From Eremomyces bilateralis CBS 781.70 (Eukaryota): a stretch of DNA of 64,000 bases. Of the stretch, positions 38,456-51,541 are shown piece after piece. The position numbers and the translations under genes are program-made. The notes under the pieces are model-generated. The model ran no database searches, was not told the origin of the DNA, and saw nothing but the letters and a program-made list of their open reading frames with translations. The first letter of the stretch is position 1, and every line of letters begins with the position of its first letter. Location: NCBI GenBank assembly GCA_010015585.1, contig ML975153.1; one strand, written 5' to 3'.

Positions 38456-41400
38456 ATGGATACTATACTACAGGAATGGCAATGCTTGATCCAATCATGG
38501 TTCGCTAGACGGGCAGACGCTTCTGAAATCTTGGAGGATGCCCAGAAACTGGAGCTTAAATACCCCATACGAGGAAGACGAGTCGCCGAGTTAATCATTG
38601 CGGAGTCTAGTGACGGGAATGAGGACGAGATTCGGCTGATGGATTGGTCAGGAGACATATATGTCAGGACTTTACTTCGAGCTGGCCGCATTGACATTGC
38701 CGATGTTCTTGGGGCCCTCCTCGTTCGGTCAAAGACTTATCATGCGGCATTTTCAAGGCCCGACTTCGAGCTTCCCAACTCCAAGTCAAATGCGATGGAC
38801 CTGGAGAGCCGCATCTTCCTCACGTTGACGCGAGCGCTGATTTCCGGGCCTCATCCGAGAAGGCAGATGGAGCTGACCGACTTTCTTCGCTTCCTCGCAA
38901 AATACATGTCGGCGGCAGCCACCACAAGCGTGGAGACGGCGCTGCTCGACCCCTTGACACGAGAGTACCGGTGGGCGGAAGATCGGCAGCATCGATTTCG
39001 AGACCGGCTAGGGACCTTGGCAGTCACCACACTAGAGCATGGGAAAGTGATTCGGTTCCTTATGGACTCGAAACGAGAGAGTGAGTCATATTCAACACCG
39101 GCATGTGGTGCATTCTAATTGCTGACATTGTCACAGAGATCCATCGCGAGCTCGCGGAAGCTCTGACTCTCTTCGTGCCAGTATACGCCCAAATTTCTCC
39201 GAACACGGCCGACAGACTTGGGCTCGCACAGCGCCAGAGCACATTGGTGCAGGAAGGGGAAGAAGGCGAAATGGACCATGGGGACATTGATGTCGCCGCA
39301 CTCCATGTTGACGCAGTAGTCGATCTCCAGACCATTTACAGTCGAGCTGGTCTTTATGTGTTTATCAGCGCTTTGGTGAGTGGTCCTGCACCTACCGAAA
39401 TACAGCAAGCTTACGAATCTTAGATGTCGGGGCGTCCTCTGATGGGAGATAATCTGATATTGAACTACCTCAATGTGCGATACAAGGTACTATTATTTTG
39501 TCTTGTCATTCCTTACCCCCACTAACTAGATCTCTACAGAATGATATGCAAGCGGCCGCGGAGACGACGACTGCCTTAATTGTGGCATCTTTTGATGTCC
39601 TGTCCACCGCCATGAAACGCACTGGTCACAACGAGTCCATGTTTAGCCTACGCTCTTTCATGATCAATAAACTCCCGGTTTTGATCTCGATTCTTTCCAC
39701 CTCAACATATCCCCCACTCTCGGTGGAGCTGTGCATCACCGAAGCATTTCGCCTTATCCGACCTAACGCATTCCCCTCCTTCTCCGACTCCTTCATGGAA
39801 GCCGGTAACAACGTGATGGCGGATGTCCGACAAGACTTCCTGTTTGCATGCATTATGCATCGCCTGATTGTTCCGCAAAGTCTCGAAAGACTTTTAACGG
39901 TGGATGAACGGCCCATGTCGGATCCCCCTTCCCCTTCGAAATTATACTCCAAGGATTTACTTTTGTCTCAATGTTCGTCGAACCCGGAACGTGCTGAGGA
40001 GATTGTTGGCGAGCTTGAGGATCTGGACGGAAATGCTGGTGCCATTGTGGAAGCACTTGTCGAGGTACGGTTTCTCCTCCACGCGAATGGACATCACTGA
40101 CTTGCTGACCAACAAGCTTATCCGAAACATGTGCAACACGAAGGAAACTCTCTCTTTAAAGAGTATTTGTAACGCCTTGTCGCGAAGACGGATCGCGCTA
40201 GACGTTGTCTTCCAGTTCACATCCCCAGCCTCCATACTACAGCCACTTTGTCATCTACTGGATACATGGCGGTATGAAGAAGACGCAAGCGAATTCCAAC
40301 CTGTCTACGATGAATTTGCCGGCATATTTCTTCTCGTACTGGCGTTGGTGTATCGCTTCGGTCTGACGCACCAAGAAATGGGCATCGCGCAAGACTCGTT
40401 TGTGACCAGATTCCTTGAGAATGATCATATCAGTTATTCGATGGAAGAGCTCGAGGGAAACCAGAAGACCCATCTTAGTGCGTGGATCAAAGCTTTATTT
40501 GACCCAGAAGGGAACATCGATGAGGTTATGGCGACTTGTCGGCCTCAGGAGTTTTACATGCTGATGCCGACTATATTCGGTCAAGTGGTCGCAGCGGCGG
40601 CCGCGGATATTATCAGCATTGACGCAGTGAAGTCGGGCTTGGACTGTAAGGTCGACGTGTCTACATCGATTCAGGAAATATGCTAATAGCTGACAGACAT
40701 TCTCGAGACCTTTTTATTGCCGTCGCTGGTTGCTGCCTTTTCGTGGATGGCCGGTCATGGATTTGAACAGACACCCAATGGTGCAGCGATCATCATACAG
40801 ATCCTTCAGAAACTTTTCCGCTCCCCGTCTTCCTCGGGCGATGCACCCTCGATGCACGCAACGGTTCTTTCGATAAGCACCAGCAAGTTGGAGAGACTGC
40901 TCCTCCACTATCGCCGCAATCTCCCGTCGGTACAAGAGATACCGGCTCTAACGGAGCTCTTGAAGCCGCATCTTCATTTCGAGCGCTCTCGGATGCACCA
41001 ACTTGGGGAGTTAGATTCATGGACATCGGCTCCCCACAATCTCCTCGTTTCGATTCGATCCGTGGTCCAGTCGCTGGCTAACATGGACTCGTCCGAAAAC
41101 GAGATGGTCCCGAGTCCACAATACAATCACCGGCAACTGTTGCTTACCGTCCAGATCCTTGGCGCTGCACGAGTTCTCCAAACCATCGTGGACGAGGTCA
41201 AACATCAGACCGAATTCGGGAGGGGCGCAATCGCGCTCGATGTGGCGACATCCATTATCTGCGCCCCAGGTCTCGCCTCCCATGTCAGTGCCGACCCGCA
41301 CGGAAGCCTACCTTCCGGTGCTGTCAACTGTCTTCTCAGCCTTCGAGACGCATTGACACTGATGCGGGATCAGGCGAAGAGCATGGTGAAGCAAAAGGAC

Positions 41401-41775
41401 CTCCTGGGTGCGGAAACCGTCGTCCGCCTCTCTCGAAGGGTCGAGGCTCAAATGGTTCCTCCGGCTCCAGCGACGGCGGTGGACGGACTGGGCGCTGCGC
41501 AGATGCTGCAGCCGCTGGATTTGGCCGGCACGGGAGAGGCTCCCTCAACGGAGCAGATTACTCGGCAAGCATTGGATTTTACATCCGATGCCGCCACGGC
41601 GGCGGCCAACGCGGCGGCCATGGATCTGGATCCGGGCGCGACGGACATGGACCTTGCGCAGGACATGGCTGCGAACGCTAATTTCCCGACCAACGAGGAC
41701 GATGTATTCGCCGGGCTTCTGGACGCCTCCATGGATGACCTGCAATTCGATGCGGACGGTACGTCGGGGTTCTAG
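38456..41775 (+). CDS. NUT1: Mediator subunit 5
   Basis: SRAGLYVFISAL, LIVASFDVLS, LRSF..NKLP, DVRQDFLFAC, LD.WRYEED..EFQPVYDEF..I.LLVLA..YRF, CRPQEFY.L.PT.F.Q, ALDVATSIICAP; multiple introns; Asp/Met-rich tail. Confidence 0.93.
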
Positions 41776-41857
41776 GCAAGCACGGTTGAAACCAAAGGGA
41801 GAAGATCGGTGTGAGGATTGATGTTCAAGAATATGTAATGCTCGACATTCCGTTTAG

Positions 41858-44104
41858 TTAGAGAAAGTCGAACGTGTCTCCAGTATTGTCCATGACCATT
41901 TTCTTCGCTCGTTGCGCGCCCACGACCCGTTCAAGCTTCAACATGTCCCACCTTGAAAAGAGGGTGCGCACATGCGTTTCTGCTGCATCCACCAGCCCTT
42001 CGTTGATTGATCTCCCCAAATACCCGTCGACGAACTCTTGGTAGAATATGGGGTTCTCCGGGATGCCATACATGATGATCCGCTTGACTCCCTGGATGTT
42101 GTTTCGCCGGAAATGATGGGCACGACCGGTATATAGTAAAACACTGTACTTTCCACTTATGAAGTGCGACCTTGCTCGGCGTGCGTTCGGCATATCGGTG
42201 TACTCGGATATGACGCCGAAGGACAGCGATTCGGTGGACGTCGAGGTTGCAAAGTGGTTTCGTAGACGGACAAAGTCCATATACGACGGAACGAACAACA
42301 AGACACCCTGACCCCCTTCCGCAGGACGAGGAAGCCGGACAAGAGCCGGAAGTACCGCCGACTTGAAATATTCGAACCGCTCATCGGGATCGTTCGCTGG
42401 CTTTGCGGAGTCGAATCTCGAGAATGTTTGCTTCACCCTTACCACACTAGATTGCATCACCCCTAAATGCTCGGGTAGAAATTTCGCCTTTCCTTCAATA
42501 TTTCGCATCCTCTTTGCGAAAATGTTGTTCAGTTCCGGCGTCATGAACGCAGAGAAAACGATTGTCTGTCGTAGGAAGGATGCGTTGCCATCCAGATACC
42601 AGCTACGCACACGCGTGAAGTCGCAGCCATGGGCATCTTTGGGTTGGAGGTTGAGGTGGTCAAACACGAAGTCGACATGCTCCCAATTCTGCATAAGCAT
42701 TGCGTCCGCTTGATCAACGACTACAACTTCGATAGAGCTTAGGAAGTCATATTCTGCTTTCTTCGACCTGAACGCAACTAGTTAGTATCTTCTTGTCCTA
42801 GACGGGGAAAGACGTACCCCTTCGACTCAATTGTTCTTCTCAGGCCCAACGGGCTTGCCAGGATGAGATCCGACTGGTAGAACTGGGCAAAGAACTTCAT
42901 CGTCTTCCTCGTGAACTTGATCCCCAGTTTAAAATCGTTGTCGCCGTTGCCCTCGAACAATTCCCGGAAATCCTCCGGCCGGTCGGACGAGAATTTCGGC
43001 TCCGTGTCGACGAAGCTGTCCTGAAAGCGGCTTTTGTTCTCTTGCTGGTCCGGACCGCAGATCTCGACAAACGCATCCATGTACTTCGCGCACATGTCCC
43101 GAGTCTCGAGAAGGATGAGAACTTTGGGTCGGGTGAAGCCTTGGTCTCGAATGTCGGGTACATCGCCGTCGCCCAATTTTGACAGTCGCGCATTGTTCTT
43201 CAAAACCTGGTCGCGTGTCTTGAATATGTGATTGATCATGTGCAAGCACGTCAGTTTCCGAATTCGAGCGGCGTTCTTCACTGTTCTACTGGCGAACATG
43301 GTGTCACGATAGGTGAAAATGTGCTCTGCGAGGTCCTTGTCCAAATCTCCTGCTTTTTTAAGTACTTTTTGCGCCGATTCCTGGAATCGACTTTTGATGG
43401 CGAGGGCGTCAGGATCCAAGGTCGAGGTGGGCAGTTTAAGGTCACCACTACTCCCGGTTGTTGTCGGTCGAAGAACTTGAACGGAACCCCCTGAACGAGG
43501 TTTGGCACTGCTGGACACGATTGAGTTATCCTTCAGTGCGCTTATTCGATTCTGTAATCGCTCTTCATCACGATCTCCGAGGTGGTAGTGGAATGGATCA
43601 CTTTGGCTGGTCGAATCCGGCTCGTCCTGATCGATATCGTCCAGCTCGGATGGTTCATCGTGATCAGCGCTCTCAACTTCCTCGAGAACTTCCTCGTCCG
43701 GCTGAAGGCCATCGACGGCAATTTCCCTATCAGATAATGCCGGTGATTCCCCTCGCTCTGCGTCCCCACGGTTCAATCGTCTTCTTTTCCGCCTGTCGGC
43801 GTTGGGTGGTTGAGCATGCTGAAGGGACAGGAGGAGGGAGTTGTAGGGTCTGACAGGTGGTTCGGAAGCATCGAGATCGGAGTCTGATGCATCGTGGCTA
43901 GCATCGTCTGGAGTATCATCTTCGGTGTGAGTTTCTTCTGGAATATCCAAGTCCCTTTGGAAAGTTAGTGGTGTTGTGGACGATATATGTACAGGGACTG
44001 GCGGACTTTGTTTCGTCTTGGAGCCGAGTGGAGGTAAAGGTCCGTCCCTGTTTCTTTGCACGAGGGTTTGGACGGCCTCGTTTAAATGAAGGTTTCACAG
44101 CCAT
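41858..44104 (-). CDS. UTP25: U3 snoRNA-associated protein 25
   Basis: [100 protein letters not shown]. Confidence 0.96.
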
Positions 44105-44394
44105 GGTCTGGTCGTGTATTGAGAGGGAGTTATGGGGATATCTATGGTATTAATTACTCTTGAAATCCATTCGGAGAGTTGAAGAATTGCAGAACTGTCT
44201 GTTATCGATAAGAAATCGTCGAAAAACCCCCTGGATCCATCTCGGCATGTGATTGGCTGCCCGCCACTCCAATCAAGCTGCCCTGTGCGGTGTAGCGAAT
44301 TTTCGAGTTGTTCGATGTTCAACGTTCCAAGTGTCGATTCATCCGCCTGGCACGTCAACTTCTCCTCAGTTCGGCGTCCTAAGTTCACGAGAAT

Positions 44395-45530
44395 ATGGCT
44401 GTCCCGGATTCTTTCCTTCATTTGGCGAGGCCACTGGGCCCAGCGACGGTTGGTTCCCAGCCAACCACGACGCCTCTGAAAGTCGTCGTGCAGCCACAGG
44501 TTAGTTGCCCTTCTGCGATGCTGCGTTTGCGCCGCTAATCGACATCAGGCACTCTTCTCCATCTTAGATCATACGTTACGAAGGCATCCGGAGCAAGAGC
44601 GAGTGATTGGAACCCTTTTGGGGGTGAGAAGCGAAGATGGGACCGAGGTGGAGATCCGAAACTGCTACGCCGTCCCGCATACCGAAACCCAGGAGCAAGT
44701 CGAAGTGGATATGGATTATCAGAAGCAGATGCAAGCGCTGCATCTGCGAGCGAACCCGCGCGAGGTGCTGATCGGGTGGTACGCGACCTCGTCCAAGCTC
44801 GACACCTTCTCCGCCCTCATCCAGAACTTCTACGGCCAGCAAGGCGACGGCACATATCCGCATCCGGCCGTGCACCTCACGGTTTCGACCAACCCCGGCG
44901 AGGATATCGAAATTCGATCCTACATTTCCGCGCCCATCGGAGTGACGCCCGAGCGCTCAGAGGACAGCTGTCTTTTCTTGCCCGTTCCGTACGAGCTCAA
45001 GTATGGTGAGGCGGAGAAGAGCGGTCTGGAATTGATATCACTGGCAAAGGACCGAGAGGACCGAAGTCAAGCGACGTTAACGGATGTTGAATCGCTGGAG
45101 AAGTCAATAGTCCAGGTGTTGGACCTCCTCGACCGTGTTTCTAATTACGTGAACAATGTTCTGGACGAAGAAGCCACACCATCCCAGGCGGTCGGTCAAT
45201 ATCTATTGAACGCGCTCTCTCTCGCACCGAAAGTTGACCCTGCCAATATTGAGCGGGACTTGTAAGTCCCCGGATTCCGCATACGTGTGCCACTGCTAAC
45301 GTACCCCCAGCAACAACCATATCCAAGACGTTCTGGTCATCGCCTACCTCGCGAACACGATCCGGACGCAGATCGATCTGTCCAATCGCCTGGCCACTGC
45401 TGCGCTTACGGCCGCTGCTACGGAGGGCATTGGTGGACCGGGCGGGGAGTCAGGGGGCCATCAGAAGGGCGGCCAAGATGGACGGAGAGGCGGCCGGGGT
45501 CGAGGGCAGAATCGACGGACGGAGGAGTGA
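44395..45530 (+). CDS. eIF3 subunit F (MPN domain), 3 exons
   Basis: [14 protein letters not shown].....[52 protein letters not shown]...[19 protein letters not shown]-rich tail. Confidence 0.95.
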
Positions 45531-45976
45531 TTTCCGAAAGCGCCGGTCAGAAGGACGGCGGAAAGGAATGCCGAGGGTCTGCGGCAGAACTGCATTCAAC
45601 GGCCCACTAGGCGTTCCGGATATTTCGGAGGACTGCATGAATCGTAGATTGGTGTATTCTATGCATGATGCCTCTGTCATGATGATACGCTCACCGTCAG
45701 CGCTGTACAGAAGGCGCTGGCTTAATGCTTCAATGAAAAAAGCATTTCCAACAAGCATTTCCAGACAATCCCACCCCCGTGGATCATCTCAACGTCGGTC
45801 CTCTCTTCCGTGCTCCACGGCCAATGACTCTCGAGCGAGAAATCCCCATCTCTACCATCCATGGTAGCTAGTACTCTATGGTGTTCCAAGACAGTTCTTG
45901 ATCACCGCTATTTCGAAAGGCCTCCTCATCCGCGGCCGGGGATTTACAATGTTTCGTGCTGTAGCTCCCCGCCACT

Positions 45977-46506
45977 TCAACGCTCCACCTTCACCCGTTT
46001 GGCCGCCCGATCCTCCTTCTTCCCCTCCCCCTTCCCCAGTTTCCCCTCATCCACGTCGAACAACCGCTTCTCCCTCTGCAAGTCCTTCTGCTTGTTGAGC
46101 AACTCCACCACACGGCCCAGCTTCTTCGGGTCGCGGCGCAACGCGAACTTGAAGTCGTCCACCTTGATCTTCGACCGTCGGCTGTATGAGGCGCAGAGGG
46201 CAGCAGCGTGGCATGTCTCGATGACATAGCTGTGGGAACGGTGAGCGGAACGGGCCAGATGGACCTAGCGACTTGGCTGGGTGAGGAAGAGGGATCGCTT
46301 ACTCGACTATGATTTCATCGAGGACTTTGACGGTTTCGGGCAAGGGATTCCGGTCGTCGCCGAACGCGTAGAGGTATGCTTCCACTAAACGATGAACTAG
46401 GTTAATAGGGCCTCTCCGGACTTGAGGACTGGCTGTGGAGGGTACACGTACAATCGGCAACGGGGAACTGTTGTCCTTTGTGTCGCGGTCGCATTCGAGG
46501 CTCCAT
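45977..46506 (-). CDS. TAF13: TFIID subunit 13 (histone fold)
   Basis: Spliced LYAFGDDRNPLPETVKVLDEIIVDYVIETCH.A......RR.KIKVDDFKFALRRDPKKLGRV.ELL. Confidence 0.93.
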
Positions 46507-48259
46507 CTTGACGGGTTTCACGGTTGGTGTATGATGTATTCTTCTGGTGGTATTCGTAGTTGGGAAGGCTTGTACACCGGGTGTAGTGTAGGTAGTATCT
46601 CAAGCAACCTGGAATGTAGATATCACTGTACGTCTGCACCGCTCTAACATGACTAACCAGACGCCAGGGCTTTCTCCAGCCACATGCACCGCCACATATG
46701 GTCCTTGCACGTGCCTTTGTTCTCCAGAATCCAGACTGACGTCCACAGCAACCAAACTGTCCTTCCAGAACCAGACTGCAAGGCACACCATATGGGCGCA
46801 ATTGTCCAGAGTTCGGACAGAATCCCCGTCTTGTCAAGCATCCAATTTGATCATGGAAAGCAAGAAGCAACCCTCCATCTACTAGATTCACCACCTACGG
46901 TCCCCTTCCTTCCACGCAGACAGACATCATGGTATGGAAACCCAGTGGGTGCATAGGCAACACAGCTAACTTTCCGTCCCTGATAGACGGCCATCTTCAA
47001 CTTTCAGAGCCTGCTGCTCGTTATCCTCCTGATGATATGCACCTCTACTTACATCCACTTTCACTTCCCCGGCATCATGGACCGGAATAAAGATCAGTAC
47101 GTCGACCCTGTCCGTGCGATGTTGCGTGTGGGCTGATCCGACGTCACAGTATGATCACGGGGTTCTTCTGGAAATGCGCACGAGTGGGGGAGCGGTTAAG
47201 CCCATACGTGGCGCTATGTTGCTTGTTGATGGCGGTGAGTCGATCTGGCGGAGTGGATGGGTTTCCCGTTCACTAGAATATGATGCGGGGCGCTGACGAT
47301 CCGATGGCGATAGGGTTCGTTGCTTTTCTAGTCGTGCTGCGAGGGCTTGAGGAGTTGAGGCGCCGCACGGATTGGAGGTGGGGTGGGGCACGGAACTACG
47401 ATTTATACCTTTGCCAGGGGCATGCGGAAGGCGGAGACGCTCGAGGATCGTTCGCAACCTCCATACAATGACAGGACAGATGCTTGGATCATCGTGATGG
47501 GATGCTGGGGTGGGCCGAATCGGCGTCGAGCGTACTGGCGTGTCCACGGTCTTACAACAGTACCGCTACAGGTCGGAGCACAGAGGAAGCTTGGAGACGC
47601 AGGGCCAAGTTGTGTGATATTGCTCGCAAGCGTGCTATGTACAGGAGCCCTCGCTCTAAGACGTTCGGTCTTGGGCGAAGCCTTTCGAGCAGGGGAACGG
47701 TAGCAATCTCAAGCGAGCGAAATAAGAGTGTTACAATTCTATGATCCAACAGTAAGAAATAAGAGTGAAGAGCGGTTTGATTCTCGGCGTCGAAGACATG
47801 GACGGGCGGAGTTAGAGGACATAGAAGACATCTACCTTCCGCGCCATCGCCCCAGAATCGTCCTTTTAACCAGTCAAATGGCCCGAGAAGTCGAACGCCG
47901 TTGGGGGCTCGAGAGCGATAAAACATGACAACCGACCGTAAAATAACAGGATGAGAAGACCACCATACCCAGGCCTCCCATGTTTCCATCCGCTCCCAAT
48001 CTATTGTGACACGCGCTAGAACTCAAATCAGACAACCCTCCGACCCATTTTCGCACCTTTTCCCGTGATTGATTCAGAACGCCACTGTTAGAACAAGACA
48101 TAATAGAACCCAACTTTTTCGCGTGTGCGGAATGCGTTCGAGGATCTATCATGGCAGCAACCGAAAGAAGACAGGACGAATGAAAAACAGAGCAATACAA
48201 AACAACGGAATAATACAAGGTTTGAAAGAGGAATTCGGACGGGGTGACAGAGACAACCA

Positions 48260-50371
48260 TCATCTATCCCCTTTCCTCGAGCCGGTCCCACGATGACGAC
48301 CAATTCGGTTCAGGCCGTTTCCACGGTCGATATCACTGTGATCCTCGATGTCGACGTCCATCATGTCGGTCTCTTCCTCGTCGGTATGCCCATGAGAAGA
48401 GGCATTGTAATCCTCGTCGTCATCATCTTCATAGTCGCTGACGAGCCCGGGATTGGATTCAACCGTATTTGGACTCAGATCAACTTCATCTTGGCGCGGC
48501 GAGTCAGGATCGTCGCCTGCTGCACGATCGGAATACGTGCCTGGACTCGCCAAGCGTGGACGAACACGATTCGAATTTTGTTCCTTTCCTCCATGATATG
48601 AAACGCCTCTAGTAGAAGCCGCAAGGGGCCGACGCGAGACCGTCTCCGGCGTGTCACTCCCCATTGTGCGGGACGCGGTTGGGGAGATAGCGACGCCTTT
48701 CTTGGACCCTTTACTGGCGTTCAACTTCGGTGGCACCCGTTTGACCTTGTTGGGGATCGAGACAACCTCCTGGCCCGCTTCGGCTTCATCTTCACTAGGT
48801 TCGTAAGATACCGAGTCCTCGTATCGGATGGTCGCGTCCGCGACGAATTTGCTCAAATCGCCAGAAAAGCCACGGTTCTTGAGAAGCGAGTTGAGATGGG
48901 GCGTCTGGTGAGAAGGCCGGAAGCTGGATAACGAGGATGACTCTGAAACCTTTCGGGTTTGCTTTGCGAATTTCTTGGGATCGGCGCGGAGTCCGTCGAG
49001 GACTTCTTGCATGAGCGTAGGCATGGGTGGACGGTTCGGTACGTTCTTGATCAGCGGGTGGACCAACGGCTTGTCAAGGTGGGTTATCGGTTTCGCTGCA
49101 GTCTCTTTTGGAGTTGCCATCAGGGGAGACGGCGTAGGCGCACCAGCGGCAACCGCCTCAGACTCGTCGATTTCCTTCCCGCAGGCGATTGCAGCGGCTT
49201 CATGACTTCGGAACCCATAGTGATGCTGGATTCGATAGTGATTAATGAACCCTTGCACATTCGCGAACTGATCCTTGAGACACTTGTTGCAGGCCAGTCG
49301 CACGAGCTTCCCATCCGCCTGTCGTCGGAAGACCAACGGATCCCTTGGCGGTCCGGTGGGAGTCTGATCTCCAGGGCCAAACGCTGACTTGGATCCGGTC
49401 GATTGCCGTGAGGGTCGAGAAAATCCAGAGAAGGCCATCTCTCCCCCACTCCCACGCGTGGTTCGTCCATCCACCGTCGATCTTCGAGTTTCGGAATCCC
49501 GAGCTGACAGGGGTTTCGGGATGTACTGCACAGGATGTGAATCGAAAGACGGGTCCTTGAGGAGCCACGCAGCGTAATGTCGAGAATACGGACCATCCGC
49601 AACACCCCATGGTGCAGGGAAAGATGGCCGAGTATGACCGGGCGGCGGTCGCAACGAGGGACCTTTGCCATCCGTCACACTCTCGGAAAATCCTTGAAGG
49701 CCTGGATATGGGATGATGCGACAGCGGCGGAGCTGTTCAAGCGCCGCCTGACATTTGGCCATCTCCTGGTCGATGCGACGGAGCTCCTCATGTTTCATCA
49801 TGATCTCCAAGTCGAACTGCGCTTCAATAACCCGCTGTGCCTTTGTCATCTTGTCCACGTTGATGCCGTACGGCTCCGAATCGGCTGGACCATCTTGGGT
49901 CGCTTTGGTTTCGTCGATCGGGGTGGACGGTGTGGATTCGAGCGCATTCGAGCGCGACGAGCCCGAGTCAGTCGATTCGGCGCCTGCGACAGCTTGCTGA
50001 AGGGGAAGATTCGCTGCGTTCGGGGTGGATCCATCGGTCGCGCCGTTGACGTAGAGGCGTTGGAGAGGCGATGCGCCGTTTACACGCGATATGCCATCCA
50101 TAGATCGATTCGTTGCACCCATCTTGGCCGCGCGATTCACATGCGCATGAGGCGACGGTCGAGAAGGTTTGCATTTCTTCAACACAGGACTGTCGCACCA
50201 GGAAGTCGCGCCGGGGCTGCTGCCGAGCTCGGATGCCTTGCGCTTGCCCTTGCTTATAAAGGGAATCTCGACGATCGGTTTCTGTCGCGGCTTCTGGTAG
50301 GCGAGAGCGTCGACGGCGGTGCGATCAACGGTCGGCTCCGTACTCCACGGAAGGCGGAAGATGGACTGCAT
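48260..50371 (-). CDS. ADA histone acetyltransferase complex subunit Ahc1-like protein
   Basis: IEAQFDLEIMMKHEELRRIDQEMAKCQAALEQLRRC coiled coil, WGV.DGPYSRHYA.WL, and zinc-finger-like C..C....F..VQGFINH.RI.H. Confidence 0.75.
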   Translation of the reverse strand: MQSIFRLPWSTEPTVDRTAVDALAYQKPRQKPIVEIPFISKGKRKASELGSSPGATSWCDSPVLKKCKPSRPSPHAHVNRAAKMGATNRSMDGISRVNGASPLQRLYVNGATDGSTPNAANLPLQQAVAGAESTDSGSSRSNALESTPSTPIDETKATQDGPADSEPYGINVDKMTKAQRVIEAQFDLEIMMKHEELRRIDQEMAKCQAALEQLRRCRIIPYPGLQGFSESVTDGKGPSLRPPPGHTRPSFPAPWGVADGPYSRHYAAWLLKDPSFDSHPVQYIPKPLSARDSETRRSTVDGRTTRGSGGEMAFSGFSRPSRQSTGSKSAFGPGDQTPTGPPRDPLVFRRQADGKLVRLACNKCLKDQFANVQGFINHYRIQHHYGFRSHEAAAIACGKEIDESEAVAAGAPTPSPLMATPKETAAKPITHLDKPLVHPLIKNVPNRPPMPTLMQEVLDGLRADPKKFAKQTRKVSESSSLSSFRPSHQTPHLNSLLKNRGFSGDLSKFVADATIRYEDSVSYEPSEDEAEAGQEVVSIPNKVKRVPPKLNASKGSKKGVAISPTASRTMGSDTPETVSRRPLAASTRGVSYHGGKEQNSNRVRPRLASPGTYSDRAAGDDPDSPRQDEVDLSPNTVESNPGLVSDYEDDDDEDYNASSHGHTDEEETDMMDVDIEDHSDIDRGNGLNRIGRHRGTGSRKGDR

Positions 50372-51506
50372 CCTGTGATGCGACGAAGCGGAAGGAGCAG
50401 CGAGCGCGCAAGGCGATCATCTGCAAAAACAGGAAAGGGCCGATGGAGGCGGCGAGGATGTCACTGCAAGTTCCAGAGGGAGCCAGACAAGCACGCAGGG
50501 CAGGCGCGACCGAGGATTGCGCACAGGAGGGAGGCGCAAATGAGGCTCGGCAAAAGGCAAGAGACAGGCGCGGGTTTAGACAGCAGGAGGCAGCTGAGTG
50601 GCTGAGCCGCAGAATCGCTGGGTCGTCGTGGGAAGGGACGACCGATCGGAATGGAACGGCATGCGCGACCGACCGGCGAATGAGAAGCGGCAAAGGTGTT
50701 GGTTGGCGGACCAAACAAACACGAAATCCGCAATCTGCGTCACAAAGGTCCGAGCTGGCGTCGATGGGAAGGGCCTCAACTCAAGAGTTAGGCAATCTCA
50801 AGTTTCAACTCCAAGGCAACACATGTAAATGTAAAAGAGCGTGACGAAAGGTTTTTTCGAAAGGGCGGTGCAGTGGTGCAGAAATGCGCCACACTCACTC
50901 GCAGCGTGGATAGAATGAGAAGGAAGGGAGCCGATGGCGACTCTTCTCATGAAACAAGTGGACGTCAATGAGGCGACCGGGCGAGGGCCGAGGATGGACA
51001 GGTAGCAGGCACTCAGAAATCGGGTGAAGCAGCTACAGTGCTTGTGTGATGCTGATGAAGAGTGACCAACCGTCGGACCTGGACCTAGAAATGTCGAAGC
51101 GCCACACAAGCGCAACTCCAAGTGTGCAGGTGAATGTGTAGGCTGCGTCGCAAGTTGTAAAGGGAAGGAAGTGAAAAAGGGCCGTGGTGGCGAGTTAAGG
51201 TAATTAAGAGAATTTGAAGGGGAAAGATCCGGGGAGGTGAAGGGAAAAAGAAAGCAAGACCGTGAAAAAGGTACGGTTGCGGGAAGTGAAATGGTGATGC
51301 AGTGGTGAGTTGGTGAGTTTGGTGACTGATGGGAAGAGTTGGGGAGAAGGATGGGAGTGGAAAAGAAGGGGGAATCGGAGGAAAGAGGGATCAGGAATGG
51401 GGGTGGGCGACGGGCGTTGCGCGACGCGGCGACGGGGAACTGCAAAAGCCCAAATGAGAGTTATGTGATGTGAGGGAGCTGGACCAAAGCCCTGGACTCT
51501 TGGACG

Positions 51507-51541
51507 GACGGTTGGATGGTTGGACGGTTGGACGGTTGGAC
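51507..51541 (+). repeat. Short tandem repeat, about 4 x (GGACGGTT)
   Basis: gacggttggatggttggacggttggacggttggac upstream of the AHC1-like gene. Confidence 0.8.

Noticed and set aside
49577..50605. Long antisense or overlapping ORFs (this 342-aa ORF; also 10058-10696 and 11567-12169)
   Set aside because: They are shadows of GC-rich genes on the opposite strand, with no recognisable motifs
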